A stretch of 64,000 bases of DNA from an uncultured Candidatus Saccharibacteria bacterium (GCA_964503775.1 CAZDBS010000002.1:3542-67541), one strand, 5' to 3'. Shown: positions 8,789-17,589, counted from the stretch's first letter. The notes: generated by a model not told the origin, from the letters alone. Made by a program: numbers and translations.

Positions 8789-10348
8789 TTATAAGGTGTT
8801 ATAAGCGAGAGAGTCTCGTTTTATCACGGTTATAACTTCCTCTATCGTGGTGAGCCATATAGAACTATCAAGACACGAAGCGAGAGTATCAAACGGTTTG
8901 TAAAGGGTTATCTGCACGGATTTACCATCCAAAAGCAGGTTCTGACCAAGCAAACCAATTAACTCTCGCTTTTCGTTTGGTTCAGCGGCTTTAAACAGCT
9001 CACTACCACGGGCGGCTATTTCTAACAGATAGGAAACCGTTACATAGTATTTCTCATCAACTTCCGAGAGCCGTGCCAATTTGCGTTCGTGTAGCTTCTG
9101 CTGCTGACGCCATTTAGCTCGCTTCTTGTCATATTCTGCTTGGGTAATACTACCGTCGCACTTATCTTCGTAAGCTACTTCAATCCGATTTTGCAGCTTG
9201 GATATTTCGGTATTGTGGTATTTAACCTGTTCTTTGTTGAATACGACCTTACCGCCGTGAGCTTCTTTAAGCACCTGTTCAAGCCTTGGTAATTCACTAT
9301 CAGGTATTTTGCAGTCATCAAACAGCTGGGCAAGAATGCCATCCAATTCCTTTTCTTCAAGCCATTCAGTATCTTTGTGTTTGCCATAGGCTTTGCTCTT
9401 GCCCGTGCAGTGGTAATAGGCGTAGCTGTGCTTATTACCGTTCTTTTGTTTCTTGTGCTTTGCTTCGGGTGTAATAGCACAGCCGCATTTCTTGCAGTGC
9501 AACAAGCCACGATAGGTAAACGGCAAGCCTTTGTATTTAATCTTTTTCTTGCCGTGACCAGCAATTACATCCTGAACCTGCCAAAACAGCTCGTATGGCA
9601 CAAACTGCTCATAGTGATGCTGATAATAGTTGTCCGTAGCCTTATCGTAAATCTCGCCAATGTAGAAGCGATTTTTTAGTATCGTGCCGAAGCTACTCCA
9701 AGGCATATCAACACCATAGTCAGTCTTCATTCGCTTGGCTAAGGATTTGTATGAAAATGTGCCAGTGGCGTACAGCTCAAATGTTTTGAGGGCGATATTG
9801 GCTTTGAATGGCACAGGCACAACAGTTTTGTTGCGTTTATCAATTGCTTCGTTCTTATAGCCATACGGTGCAATGCCTGGAAGCTCGCCATCACGCAGCT
9901 TGGCGTAGCGTGAGTTATGGGCATCTTCTTTAAGACGGTTGATGATTTGTTTGGCTAGGTATACCTTAGTGTCCCAGTCGGTAATATCACGCCCAACCGA
10001 GCGAGCAGTTATAGTCAGCCTGTCGTGAACAAAGTGTAATTCCTTGTTGTACTCGGTACGCAGGTTATCCATAGCAACGTGGTCAGCAAAGTTGCGGGTA
10101 GCTCGGTCAACACGAAACGCTATGATGGCTTCAATGTCTTTGTGCTTTTTCACATAGTCCATCATTTCGTTGAACTTCTTGCGTATGCCCATATCAGCAC
10201 TTTCGCTAAACACATATTCTTTTACAATCTCAAAGTCGTGCAGCTCGGCATATTCACGCATTGCTGGCAGCTGTATTTCTTCCAGCGATAAGCCTTCTTG
10301 CTCTTGTTTCTTGGTTGATACTCTTGCTAGTATTACGGCTTTTTTCAT
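8789..10348 (-). CDS. large serine recombinase (integrase/transposase type)
   Basis: Resolvase-type N-terminus with the catalytic Ser (MKKAVILARVSTKKQ), a recombinase domain, a Zn-ribbon (CKKCGCAITPE...YYHCTG) and a long coiled-coil C-terminus. 519 aa. Confidence 0.85.
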   Translation of the reverse strand: MKKAVILARVSTKKQEQEGLSLEEIQLPAMREYAELHDFEIVKEYVFSESADMGIRKKFNEMMDYVKKHKDIEAIIAFRVDRATRNFADHVAMDNLRTEYNKELHFVHDRLTITARSVGRDITDWDTKVYLAKQIINRLKEDAHNSRYAKLRDGELPGIAPYGYKNEAIDKRNKTVVPVPFKANIALKTFELYATGTFSYKSLAKRMKTDYGVDMPWSSFGTILKNRFYIGEIYDKATDNYYQHHYEQFVPYELFWQVQDVIAGHGKKKIKYKGLPFTYRGLLHCKKCGCAITPEAKHKKQKNGNKHSYAYYHCTGKSKAYGKHKDTEWLEEKELDGILAQLFDDCKIPDSELPRLEQVLKEAHGGKVVFNKEQVKYHNTEISKLQNRIEVAYEDKCDGSITQAEYDKKRAKWRQQQKLHERKLARLSEVDEKYYVTVSYLLEIAARGSELFKAAEPNEKRELIGLLGQNLLLDGKSVQITLYKPFDTLASCLDSSIWLTTIEEVITVIKRDSLAYNTL

Positions 10349-10381
10349 AGTATTTACTCCTATTATAACTTACATTTGTCA

Positions 10382-11536
10382 TCATTTTACGAAGTTAGCT
10401 AACTTAACGGGCAAGAACCTGTCCAGCTGCTCATCTAACATTTGAAAAACCTCTGGTTGCTCAAACCTGTATGCTAATTCGTGGTTTATCTTTTTGGCTT
10501 GGCGAAGCAATGCTGGGCTGCCCCGTGGACCAACTATGTCTTTAAGTCTTCGTGTACCGTGTTCTTGGTTTAAGGCTCGTAGACCGACAGCCGAGAGTAG
10601 TGTTGTTATATTGCGACCTGGGTTTTGAACATACAGCTGGCTGAATAAAGAGTGTAAATCAGGTGCCTTGGCATCGCTAATTTTTGGATAGCGTGAATAT
10701 AGCTCAGCAAGCTGCTGCTTCAAGACGGCTTGTGAAACGTCCTTTTTACAGAGTGCCGCAAGCGTAACTTCTACACCTTCAAAGCCAGCCTTTTTGAGTG
10801 TTGATTTGATAGTTCTTGGGTTGTTAAGCCGAGCTTCCATACGCAGTACCTCAAACGGTTGGATAATCTGATTGTCGCCAAACAAATCCATTTGCAGCTG
10901 TAAATCCGTGTCAAACACGGGCTGGTTGGGTTTGCCTTTGTGGTATTCGGCTATCTTGTCGTAGAAAGCCAGTTCATAGTGCTTAGAGTGCGTTTTAAAG
11001 CCGTGTCCGTTGTTCACATAATCACTCTGGCTCACATCACGCCAAGTCGTAACATCGCACTTCTGTATTTCGGCAATTGCTTCGTGGGCGGTTATATAGT
11101 TGTTAAGCGGAAAGTTCTTGGCAAAGTGAATTGTGGCTACCTTGGCATTTTTGACCGTATCTATGCCTTTGAAAAACCTGACGCCATAGAACTTTAAACC
11201 TTCAAACAGCCGTTCACAGATTTTGTCTAAGTCGTCTTCAACCAGCTCATCAACATTGTTGCCATTAACCAGTTTTGGAGCGGAAAATTGCACCCGCAAA
11301 CCCGTGGTTACGCCGCCAGCTCGTATGCCCTTGTAAAAGGTCAGGTACGGTAAATATCCTGCCCGGGCTGTTTCTTGCTTGGTTGGGTTTCGTGATGCCT
11401 GCATATAGCGTCCTTTACCCAAATCCTTCGGTTCAATTGCCGTAATGCGATTTATGTTTGGCGTAAAATCGCCAGGTCGCAATATGGCAAACTCATTGGG
11501 ATAGAAGTTCAGCACTATTGTGTCTATTCCGAGCAT
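10382..11536 (-). CDS. putative replication initiation protein (phage/plasmid gene II/X-like)
   Basis: The N-terminus MLGIDTIVLNF and the FSAPKLVNGNNV and LRMEARL strings resemble gene-II/CRI-type rolling-circle initiators as I remember them. Its position between the recombinase and SpoVG fits. Confidence 0.35.
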   Translation of the reverse strand: MLGIDTIVLNFYPNEFAILRPGDFTPNINRITAIEPKDLGKGRYMQASRNPTKQETARAGYLPYLTFYKGIRAGGVTTGLRVQFSAPKLVNGNNVDELVEDDLDKICERLFEGLKFYGVRFFKGIDTVKNAKVATIHFAKNFPLNNYITAHEAIAEIQKCDVTTWRDVSQSDYVNNGHGFKTHSKHYELAFYDKIAEYHKGKPNQPVFDTDLQLQMDLFGDNQIIQPFEVLRMEARLNNPRTIKSTLKKAGFEGVEVTLAALCKKDVSQAVLKQQLAELYSRYPKISDAKAPDLHSLFSQLYVQNPGRNITTLLSAVGLRALNQEHGTRRLKDIVGPRGSPALLRQAKKINHELAYRFEQPEVFQMLDEQLDRFLPVKLANFVK

Positions 11537-11789
11537 TGTTCATTACTTCTTCAAATTTAGTTATTACAGCTTCTTCAATCTGTCTACCGACAGTACCCGT
11601 TATCGGGTGGTACATATCTAGCTGACGACCTGCAACTAGCTTTGTGGGGTATACGAGCCTATAACCGCCGCTAGGGCGGCTAAATATGCCGACAGAGCCG
11701 CAATACAACGCACCAGCGAAAACAAAGCTGGCAAAGCCAACAAGCCCGTCTTTTGGCTTAACGGGCGTTATCTGTACTTCGCTGACCAT
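11493..11789 (-). CDS. spoVG: SpoVG-family nucleic-acid-binding protein
   Basis: By eye it aligns along its length with B. subtilis SpoVG. Examples are VQITPVKPKDGLVGFASFVF against VRLRRVNTDGRMRAIASITL, and the conserved YHPI motif with RQIEEAVI. Its 3' end overlaps the Rep-like start by 44 nt. Confidence 0.7.
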   Translation of the reverse strand: MVSEVQITPVKPKDGLVGFASFVFAGALYCGSVGIFSRPSGGYRLVYPTKLVAGRQLDMYHPITGTVGRQIEEAVITKFEEVMNNARNRHNSAELLSQ

Positions 11790-11972
11790 CGTTGGTGCGA
11801 CCTTTCTTTTGGCGTTTATCTATTCGTATAAGCAGCTCAAACACACGGGCAACACGACGCAGCTCAGCATCAGACCAATGTTTTGCCTGGTTGACTTGCG
11901 GTTTGTTAGTCGGTGGCTTGTCCATACTTCCATCCTATGGAAGCTATGGTTGTGCAACGTTGCACAGAGGTA

Positions 11973-12869
11973 CTAAAGGTATTTTTGGTTAAACCAAATG
12001 CTCTTGTTAGCTATATCAAATAGGTCGTTGACCTGAACCTTCTTAGCAACGGTGTTATTTAGGTGAGCCTTTGCGTAATGAACACGCTTATTGCCTTTAA
12101 TCTGGTCGGAATGAACGCCTAGCTTAATCAGTACATCGCCAATACCTACGGGCTTTGATACAGGCTTACCAGCCCGAAATAAGCACTTGCAAACCAATTC
12201 TTGGTCGCCCGTCGGAATATCAATTATCGTATTGGCAAATATCAGCTTGCGGTCTTTTGCATCGTAGCTTGGTCGTAGCAACTTCTGCGTATCGGCACTG
12301 CGTTCGGCATTTTGTGCTTCAAATGCCTCAACCATTCGTTCCAAAAGTATCGTTTGCTTCGCTTGTTCAGCTGACGAAGCTGGCGGCACAATTGCATCTG
12401 CCCAGTCCATATCATCCATAAGGCTCGGATAACGCTCAACAATTGGCATTGTAGGCAATGTTGGCATTGTTCGTTGGAGTATTGAACCAAAATCAAATTT
12501 GCCAAGCGATTTACTAACAGCTGTACTCATTTTGGTCAACTCAGATAGCTGTGGACCGACACGCTCCAACATTTGCTTCACACTTGCATCAGCTGTTTCA
12601 AGTGCCTTCTTTTGAGATGGTGTGAGTGTGGCAGGGTTTTGCTTTTTGAGCTTGCTCCATTCGTCAACCGATAGACCACTTCTGTACTTTGAAGTATCAA
12701 TAACTGCTATTGGCTCTTCGTCCAGGTTGTATTTGGCTGGCTTGTTAGTGACACTGTCAGTTTTGCCAACAGCATCAAGGTCCAAATCTACCTTTGGCTT
12801 TTCATCGGGTTGGTCGTTAGTCTGTTGCTTATCGTCTTTCATTACATCTTCCCAAATAACAACTGTCAC
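11973..12869 (-). CDS. hypothetical protein of the mobile-element module
   Basis: 298-aa ORF with an acidic/lysine-rich N-terminal half and no recognised motif. It is divergent from the excisionase-like gene. Confidence 0.45.
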   Translation of the reverse strand: MTVVIWEDVMKDDKQQTNDQPDEKPKVDLDLDAVGKTDSVTNKPAKYNLDEEPIAVIDTSKYRSGLSVDEWSKLKKQNPATLTPSQKKALETADASVKQMLERVGPQLSELTKMSTAVSKSLGKFDFGSILQRTMPTLPTMPIVERYPSLMDDMDWADAIVPPASSAEQAKQTILLERMVEAFEAQNAERSADTQKLLRPSYDAKDRKLIFANTIIDIPTGDQELVCKCLFRAGKPVSKPVGIGDVLIKLGVHSDQIKGNKRVHYAKAHLNNTVAKKVQVNDLFDIANKSIWFNQKYL

Positions 12870-12915
12870 AAGCTGTTACATATCTGTATAATAATGTTAT
12901 CAAGAGTGAGTAAAT

Positions 12916-13098
12916 ATGTCACAAGAACCATTGCAAGAATTACTAACCTTAAAGCAAGCCAGCGAGCTGCTGAAAGTTCATCCCAACACGCTTCGTGCTT
13001 GGGACAAGAAAGGTATTTTGAGGGCAGTGCGGATTGGCGAGCGTGGCTTACGCCGTTATAAGCGTGAAGATTTAGTGAAATTTATGGAACACAAATAG
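12916..13098 (+). CDS. excisionase/MerR-type HTH DNA-binding protein (candidate recombination directionality factor)
   Basis: 60 aa. LLTLKQASELLKVHPNTLRAWDKKGILRAVRIGERGLRRYKREDL is a textbook excisionase-family HTH. Confidence 0.65.
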   Translation: MSQEPLQELLTLKQASELLKVHPNTLRAWDKKGILRAVRIGERGLRRYKREDLVKFMEHK

Positions 13099-13110
13099 GA
13101 AGGAGTAAAT

Positions 13111-13782
13111 ATGATTGTAATAACAGGAGCAAGTGATGGTTTGGGCTTACAACTTGCGAAGCTATACCAAGAGGCTGGTAAAAAGGTAGCCAACATATCA
13201 CGAAACGAAAGCAAGTACGCCGACATAAACATTACACTGTCACTTCGTGAAGGCACTGAGATAGAAAAAGCTGCAAGCAAGGTAGCTGAGATTGACGAGC
13301 CGATTGAAGCGATTGTTTACTGTGCTGGTGTACTTTCAATTCAACCACTTGGCGAAATTACAGAAGACGAGATAAAACGCTTAATGTCTACCAATGTAAA
13401 ATCGCAGATACTTCTTACCTCAAAGTTAGTAGACCGAATTAAAAAAGATAAGACCGACATTGTTTGTGTTTCATCTACCGTCGGTACAAAAGGATATGTA
13501 GAGCAAGCAGTTTACGGTGCGTCAAAATGGGCAGTGCGAGGTTTCGCAGCCAACCTACAAGCCGAGTTTAAGGATTTGCCAAACCGTGTAATTAGCTTTT
13601 GCCCTGGCGGCTTTAAGAGCAAGTTATTTGAAAAAGCTACTGGCGACGACAATACAACTAACGAGGGCGAGTGGATGCGACCAGAAGATGTTGCATTGTT
13701 TATTAAACAGATACTTGACCTGCCAAAGAATATGGAAGTAAGCGAAGTTGTTGTTAACAGAAAGGCAAGCAAGGAATTGTAA
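13111..13782 (+). CDS. short-chain dehydrogenase/reductase (classical SDR)
   Basis: TGxxxGxG (ITGASDGLG), the catalytic YGASK and an AGGAG RBS. Confidence 0.8.
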   Translation: MIVITGASDGLGLQLAKLYQEAGKKVANISRNESKYADINITLSLREGTEIEKAASKVAEIDEPIEAIVYCAGVLSIQPLGEITEDEIKRLMSTNVKSQILLTSKLVDRIKKDKTDIVCVSSTVGTKGYVEQAVYGASKWAVRGFAANLQAEFKDLPNRVISFCPGGFKSKLFEKATGDDNTTNEGEWMRPEDVALFIKQILDLPKNMEVSEVVVNRKASKEL

Positions 13783-13784
13783 CC

Positions 13785-14285
13785 GTGACAGCCGAAGATG
13801 TACAAAATATCTATACTTGGTTAGCTGAAAACGGCATTAGCATTTGGGTTGACGGCGGCTGGTGTGTTGATGCACTGCTGGGTAAACAAACTAGGGAGCA
13901 TCCTGACTTAGACATTGCTGTACACCGAAACGACAATGCGAAGCTACGCACACTACTTCAAAGCAATGGCTACAAAGAAGAAAGTCGGAATGATAGTTCC
14001 GAATGGATGTACGTTATGAAAAATGAAGAAGGCAAACAGATTGATGTACACGCATTTGCATATGACGATGACGGTAAGAATATCTACGGTATTGAGTATC
14101 CTTACGGTTCACTTACTGGTAAAGGCACACTAAATGGGCAAGAAGTAAACTGCATAGACCCTCAGTGGATGTTTAAGTTCAAAACAGCTTACGAGCCGAA
14201 AGAAAAAGATTTACGGGATGTGCAAGCACTTGCTGGTAAATTTGGCTTTGAATTACCTGCTGCATATAGTGAGGCAAACAAATGA
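13785..14285 (+). CDS. Lnu(F)/ANT(2'')-family nucleotidyltransferase (putative lincosamide/aminoglycoside nucleotidyltransferase)
   Basis: 166 aa. ISIWVDGGWCVDALLGKQTREHPDLDIAV closely parallels the IWIGGGWGIDALVGEQTRDHRDIDI block of Lnu(F) and ANT(2'')-Ia as I remember them. GTG start 2 nt after the SDR stop. Confidence 0.6.
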   Translation: MTAEDVQNIYTWLAENGISIWVDGGWCVDALLGKQTREHPDLDIAVHRNDNAKLRTLLQSNGYKEESRNDSSEWMYVMKNEEGKQIDVHAFAYDDDGKNIYGIEYPYGSLTGKGTLNGQEVNCIDPQWMFKFKTAYEPKEKDLRDVQALAGKFGFELPAAYSEANK

Positions 14286-15232
14286 AAACAATAGTCATTG
14301 GCTCACTAAACACTGACCTGGTTGCGACGGGTATTAAGCAATTCCCAAAGCCTGGTGAACACGTTTATGGCAAAGAATTGCTAATTGGACCAGGCGGTAA
14401 GTCACGCAACATTGCCGATATGTTGGCTAATCTAGCACCTAAAGAAAGTGTGGCTATGGTTGGTCGCACCGTTATGGACCCTTACGGATTGTGGCGACAA
14501 CCAATGGACGCATTAGCCAAAGTTGGCGTTAATACTGATTATGTAAATGTGCTTGAATATGAGGCAGTAAACAAGCTGCCAGGTATTGCCTTAATCCCAG
14601 TGGACCAGCAAGGTAACAATCAGATTTTTGTATTACCTGGCGTGAGCGATGACTTTAGCATAGAAGATATTGATGCTGCCGTTGAGTTATTTAAAAAGGT
14701 TGCAGAGAATAATGGTACATTGGTTTTAACCTTAGAATGTCCATTAGAAACAGCTACCTACGCCGTTCAGCAAGCCAATAAGCACGGCTTAAAAGTAATG
14801 TTTGACCCAGGCGGCATTGAAGCTGATACGGATTTGAATGAGCTAATATCTGCTGGTATCTACCTGATAAAGCCAAACGAACACGAAGCCAAAATGCTAA
14901 CTGGTGTTGAGGTTACTGATTTTGATACGGCAAAACAAGCAGCTGAAAAGCTGCAAGAACAAGGTGTTGCCAATGTCCTTATAACGGCAGGTGTAAACGG
15001 TGCTTATTTGTTCAGCCAAGATACACAGGCTCATATACCGATACCCGAGGTTAAAGCTGGTGACGATAAAGACGAAACTGGTTGCGGTGACCAAACGATG
15101 GCTGCATTATGTGCGTTGCTGCAAGAAGGAAAGACAGTTAAAGAAGCGGCTGAATTAGCTGTTTTAGCTGGAACACTTCAATTCCATAGAACGGGCATAA
15201 AACCAGTCACAAAGCTAGACTTGAAACTATGA
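14282..15232 (+). CDS. PfkB-family carbohydrate kinase (ribokinase-like)
   Basis: VIGSLNTDL, GGKSRNIA and the C-terminal DETGCGDQTMAAL anion-hole motif. ATGA overlap with the upstream gene. Confidence 0.75.
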   Translation: MKTIVIGSLNTDLVATGIKQFPKPGEHVYGKELLIGPGGKSRNIADMLANLAPKESVAMVGRTVMDPYGLWRQPMDALAKVGVNTDYVNVLEYEAVNKLPGIALIPVDQQGNNQIFVLPGVSDDFSIEDIDAAVELFKKVAENNGTLVLTLECPLETATYAVQQANKHGLKVMFDPGGIEADTDLNELISAGIYLIKPNEHEAKMLTGVEVTDFDTAKQAAEKLQEQGVANVLITAGVNGAYLFSQDTQAHIPIPEVKAGDDKDETGCGDQTMAALCALLQEGKTVKEAAELAVLAGTLQFHRTGIKPVTKLDLKL

Positions 15233-15819
15233 GTACCTTTGAAACCATATACCAAGTATCGCTAGTTGGCACATTCTTTGTTCTACTTTGGTACACAATT
15301 GAAACGGCACGCATACGCAAAATAAACACAGAACAACGTGACTTGCAGCTATTGCCAGCAATGATGTTGTATATTCGGGGCGACCTTGATGATGATGACA
15401 ACTTACGGCTTACAATGCGAAATATAGGCTTTGGCACTGCGACGGGCGTGCAAATTGAGCCAACGACATTCAAAGTTGAGGGAAAAGAGATAGTTTTTAA
15501 ATTTAAACTTGCCGACCAAAACAACACGCTAATAGCCAATGAGGAGCGTGAAGTGGAAATTGAAGTTCACAAAGACGGTCAATCCCAATATCATCAACGC
15601 TACAGAGAATTTATGGCGTACTTTAGTCCAGAAAACCTTGATATGGTTGGTCATTTCAAAAAGGCAAAAATGGTGCGTGAAGACACACCAGAAGCCAGCG
15701 ATATTCACATATCCTTTAAAGATATAAACGCACTAGAGTATAGCACTACGATTGGGTTTAGACCCGAAGGGATTGTAGTTGTAAAAGCACCTGAAAGAGT
15801 AAAAAATGAGCGGCTTTGA
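15229..15819 (+). CDS. single-TM orphan protein
   Basis: 196 aa with an N-terminal TM (VSLVGTFFVLLWYTI) and then a beta-rich soluble domain. ATGA overlap with the kinase gene. Confidence 0.5.
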   Translation: MSTFETIYQVSLVGTFFVLLWYTIETARIRKINTEQRDLQLLPAMMLYIRGDLDDDDNLRLTMRNIGFGTATGVQIEPTTFKVEGKEIVFKFKLADQNNTLIANEEREVEIEVHKDGQSQYHQRYREFMAYFSPENLDMVGHFKKAKMVREDTPEASDIHISFKDINALEYSTTIGFRPEGIVVVKAPERVKNERL

Positions 15820-16495
15820 CCTATTGCTAAAAGTCGGCTCACTAGCTGGTTTAGTTGGGTTAGTTTACGGTATTCACAACAACCGAAAAAACCGACCACG
15901 GTTTAAGTTCACATTTGAGGCAAGTGTTGTGAACTACGACAAAGACGACAAAAACCAAGCGTACTATTGTTTTACAGGTATAATTCGTAACCAGTCGTTG
16001 CAGCCAAATACAATAATTCGTCTATATTTAACTGTTTGGGGCAGCAAAAAGAAAGGTGCAACGCTAAGGTTTGGACACGCCGTGAAGCACATTTATGATG
16101 TTGCAAACACTGAGGACCGAAACGAGCTGTCCTTACCGCTATACTTTCAGCCCAAAGATGCACGCCGTGTAGAGATTTGGTTTCCAATCTCACTTACTGG
16201 CACACAGGATGGCAAGCTGCTTAACGAAAAGGACAAGGCAATATCATTGCCTGACGGCAGCTCGCTGTTAATGCCAAAGCACAAATGGGAATTTCTTATT
16301 GAAGATACAGCTGAGAATATGTTTGACTACACCAGCGGCAGGACAACAAGCCGTGAATTAACTGACCTTTGGTGGACATTGCCAAACTATTCAAACAAGC
16401 CAGTTAAGTACGGTAAACAGATTTGCAAAATTGGATGGGCGTTTACAAAATACTACACAGCCAGACTTACAGCTGCACTCGGATTTTATAAGTAG
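15806..16495 (+). CDS. single-TM orphan protein
   Basis: 229 aa with an N-terminal TM (LLLKVGSLAGLVGLVYGI). 14-nt overlap with the upstream gene. A hairpin GCCGAA-AAAA-TTCGGC lies just downstream. Confidence 0.5.
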   Translation: MSGFDLLLKVGSLAGLVGLVYGIHNNRKNRPRFKFTFEASVVNYDKDDKNQAYYCFTGIIRNQSLQPNTIIRLYLTVWGSKKKGATLRFGHAVKHIYDVANTEDRNELSLPLYFQPKDARRVEIWFPISLTGTQDGKLLNEKDKAISLPDGSSLLMPKHKWEFLIEDTAENMFDYTSGRTTSRELTDLWWTLPNYSNKPVKYGKQICKIGWAFTKYYTARLTAALGFYK

Positions 16496-16583
16496 CCAAA
16501 AACGCTTGGTATTTTTACAGCCGAAAAAATTCGGCATTTCATATGCGGTATCCCAAATCTGGTAACTAAGGGGTAGTACCCCC

Positions 16584-17087
16584 CTAGTCGTTGAGGTGTG
16601 CGATTGCGTAATCTGCTTCTGCTGCTGTGAACTGACCGCCGTGTTCGGACACTAACTGGTCACGAATGCCAGCTGGTGATAGGTGCAAATCATTTTGATA
16701 GGTTTTTGCTTGGGCAAGAGCGTTGGCATTCCAGTCAGCTTTGACATTATCTACTGCGTATTGAGCTGCTTCGGGCTTAAATTTGCCGCCATACTCTGAA
16801 ACCAGCTGGTCATATAGACCCTTCTTTGACAGGTGTAGTTGATTGGCATATGTATCAGCTTGGGCTAATGCCGATTTATATTCAGCTGGTACTTTTGGTT
16901 CTTCTTTTGCAGCTGGCTTACTTTCAGCAGTTTGCGTAGTTTGGCTATTTGTTGGCGTATTGTTTGTTGAAGTATTTGTATTACCGCCGCCAGCAGCACC
17001 GCCGATAATTGCCAAAAGCACAATTACACCAATTACAGTTAAGACTTTGTGCCTTCCAAACCAGTTACCTTGCTTTTTGTCTGCCAT
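16584..17087 (-). CDS. Ltp-family surface protein (superinfection-exclusion lipoprotein family)
   Basis: Two Ltp repeats (KSALAQADTYANQLHLSKKGLYDQLVSEYGGKFKPEAAQYAV and NALAQAKTYQNDLHLSPAGIRDQLVSEHGGQFTAAEADYAI) follow a TM and a T/N-rich linker. Start placed at MADKKQ. Confidence 0.65.
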   Translation of the reverse strand: MADKKQGNWFGRHKVLTVIGVIVLLAIIGGAAGGGNTNTSTNNTPTNSQTTQTAESKPAAKEEPKVPAEYKSALAQADTYANQLHLSKKGLYDQLVSEYGGKFKPEAAQYAVDNVKADWNANALAQAKTYQNDLHLSPAGIRDQLVSEHGGQFTAAEADYAIAHLND

Positions 17088-17136
17088 ATCAAACCTTTCA
17101 TTACATATTAAAGTTGGTAACATTGTATACCACTTG

Positions 17137-17150
17137 CTGACATTTGTCAG
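17137..17150. promoter_or_regulatory. palindrome CTGACA-TT-TGTCAG in the Ltp/XRE divergent intergenic region (candidate operator)
   Basis: Perfect 6+2+6 inverted repeat read directly, between divergent genes of which one is an XRE repressor. Confidence 0.3.
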
Positions 17151-17413
17151 TGGTTACTTACAATTGTAATCAATACGCTAAAGATGTGAAAGCATCATCT
17201 GTTGACCACATCTACACCGAACTAGGAAAGCGTATTGTAAAAGCTCGTAATTCTAAGGGTATGAGCCAAGAAAAGCTGGCAGCTAACAGCGGTATTGACC
17301 GCTCACATATGGGCTTTATTGAGCAAGGTCGTCGTAAGCCGACATTATCAACGCTCTTTAAGATTGCTAAATCGCTAGATATTTCGCTGGAACAACTGTT
17401 CAAGGGGCTATAG
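17144..17413 (+). CDS. XRE-family HTH transcriptional regulator
   Basis: MSQEKLAANSGIDRSHMGFIEQGRRKPTLSTLFKIAKSLDISLEQLF is a canonical Cro/C1 HTH. The real start is probably the in-frame GTG at 17186, because TTG 17144 lies inside the palindrome. Confidence 0.75.
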   Translation: MSVVTYNCNQYAKDVKASSVDHIYTELGKRIVKARNSKGMSQEKLAANSGIDRSHMGFIEQGRRKPTLSTLFKIAKSLDISLEQLFKGL

Positions 17414-17556
17414 CTTAGTCCGCTAAACAGTAGCACCAGCCAATAAACTGCCCCGTAACCTTAGTCGTTTAGCCAAATCTTTGAGGTAACCGCCATCAAC
17501 CTGGTACTCCAAAGACAGGTTGCTGATTGAGTTGTGTAGGGGGAGCCAATGAAAAT

Positions 17557-17584
17557 CAGTCAGGCCATAGGTCTGGCTGTTTTT
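17557..17584 (+). terminator. rho-independent terminator-like hairpin (extendable to 17550-17586)
   Basis: A 10-bp stem CAGTCAGGCC/GGTCTGGCTG (with G-U pairs), an ATA loop, then TTTTT. Flanking GAAAAT/TTTTCA extends the stem, so it could act bidirectionally. Confidence 0.55.
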
Positions 17585-17589
17585 CATTC

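Larger units (their letters stand above)
8789..13098. mobile_element. core module of an integrative (possibly replicative) mobile element; true ends not identified
   Basis: A contiguous block of large serine recombinase, gene-II-like Rep, SpoVG homolog, an orphan and an excisionase-type HTH. I could not recognise att sites by eye. Confidence 0.55.

Noticed and set aside
9175-10445. Multiple 60-129-aa ORFs overlapping the serine recombinase gene on both strands.
   Set aside because: All lie within a well-supported 519-aa recombinase CDS and lack motifs or RBSs. They are treated as shadow ORFs.
17413-17556. A minus-strand open frame (…GLTDFHWLPLHNSISNLSLEYQVDGGYLKDLAKRLRLRGSLLAGATV*) that might be a C-terminal gene remnant convergent with the XRE gene.
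   Set aside because: It has no start codon and only about 48 codons after an in-frame stop, and I recognise no family. That is insufficient to call even a pseudogene.
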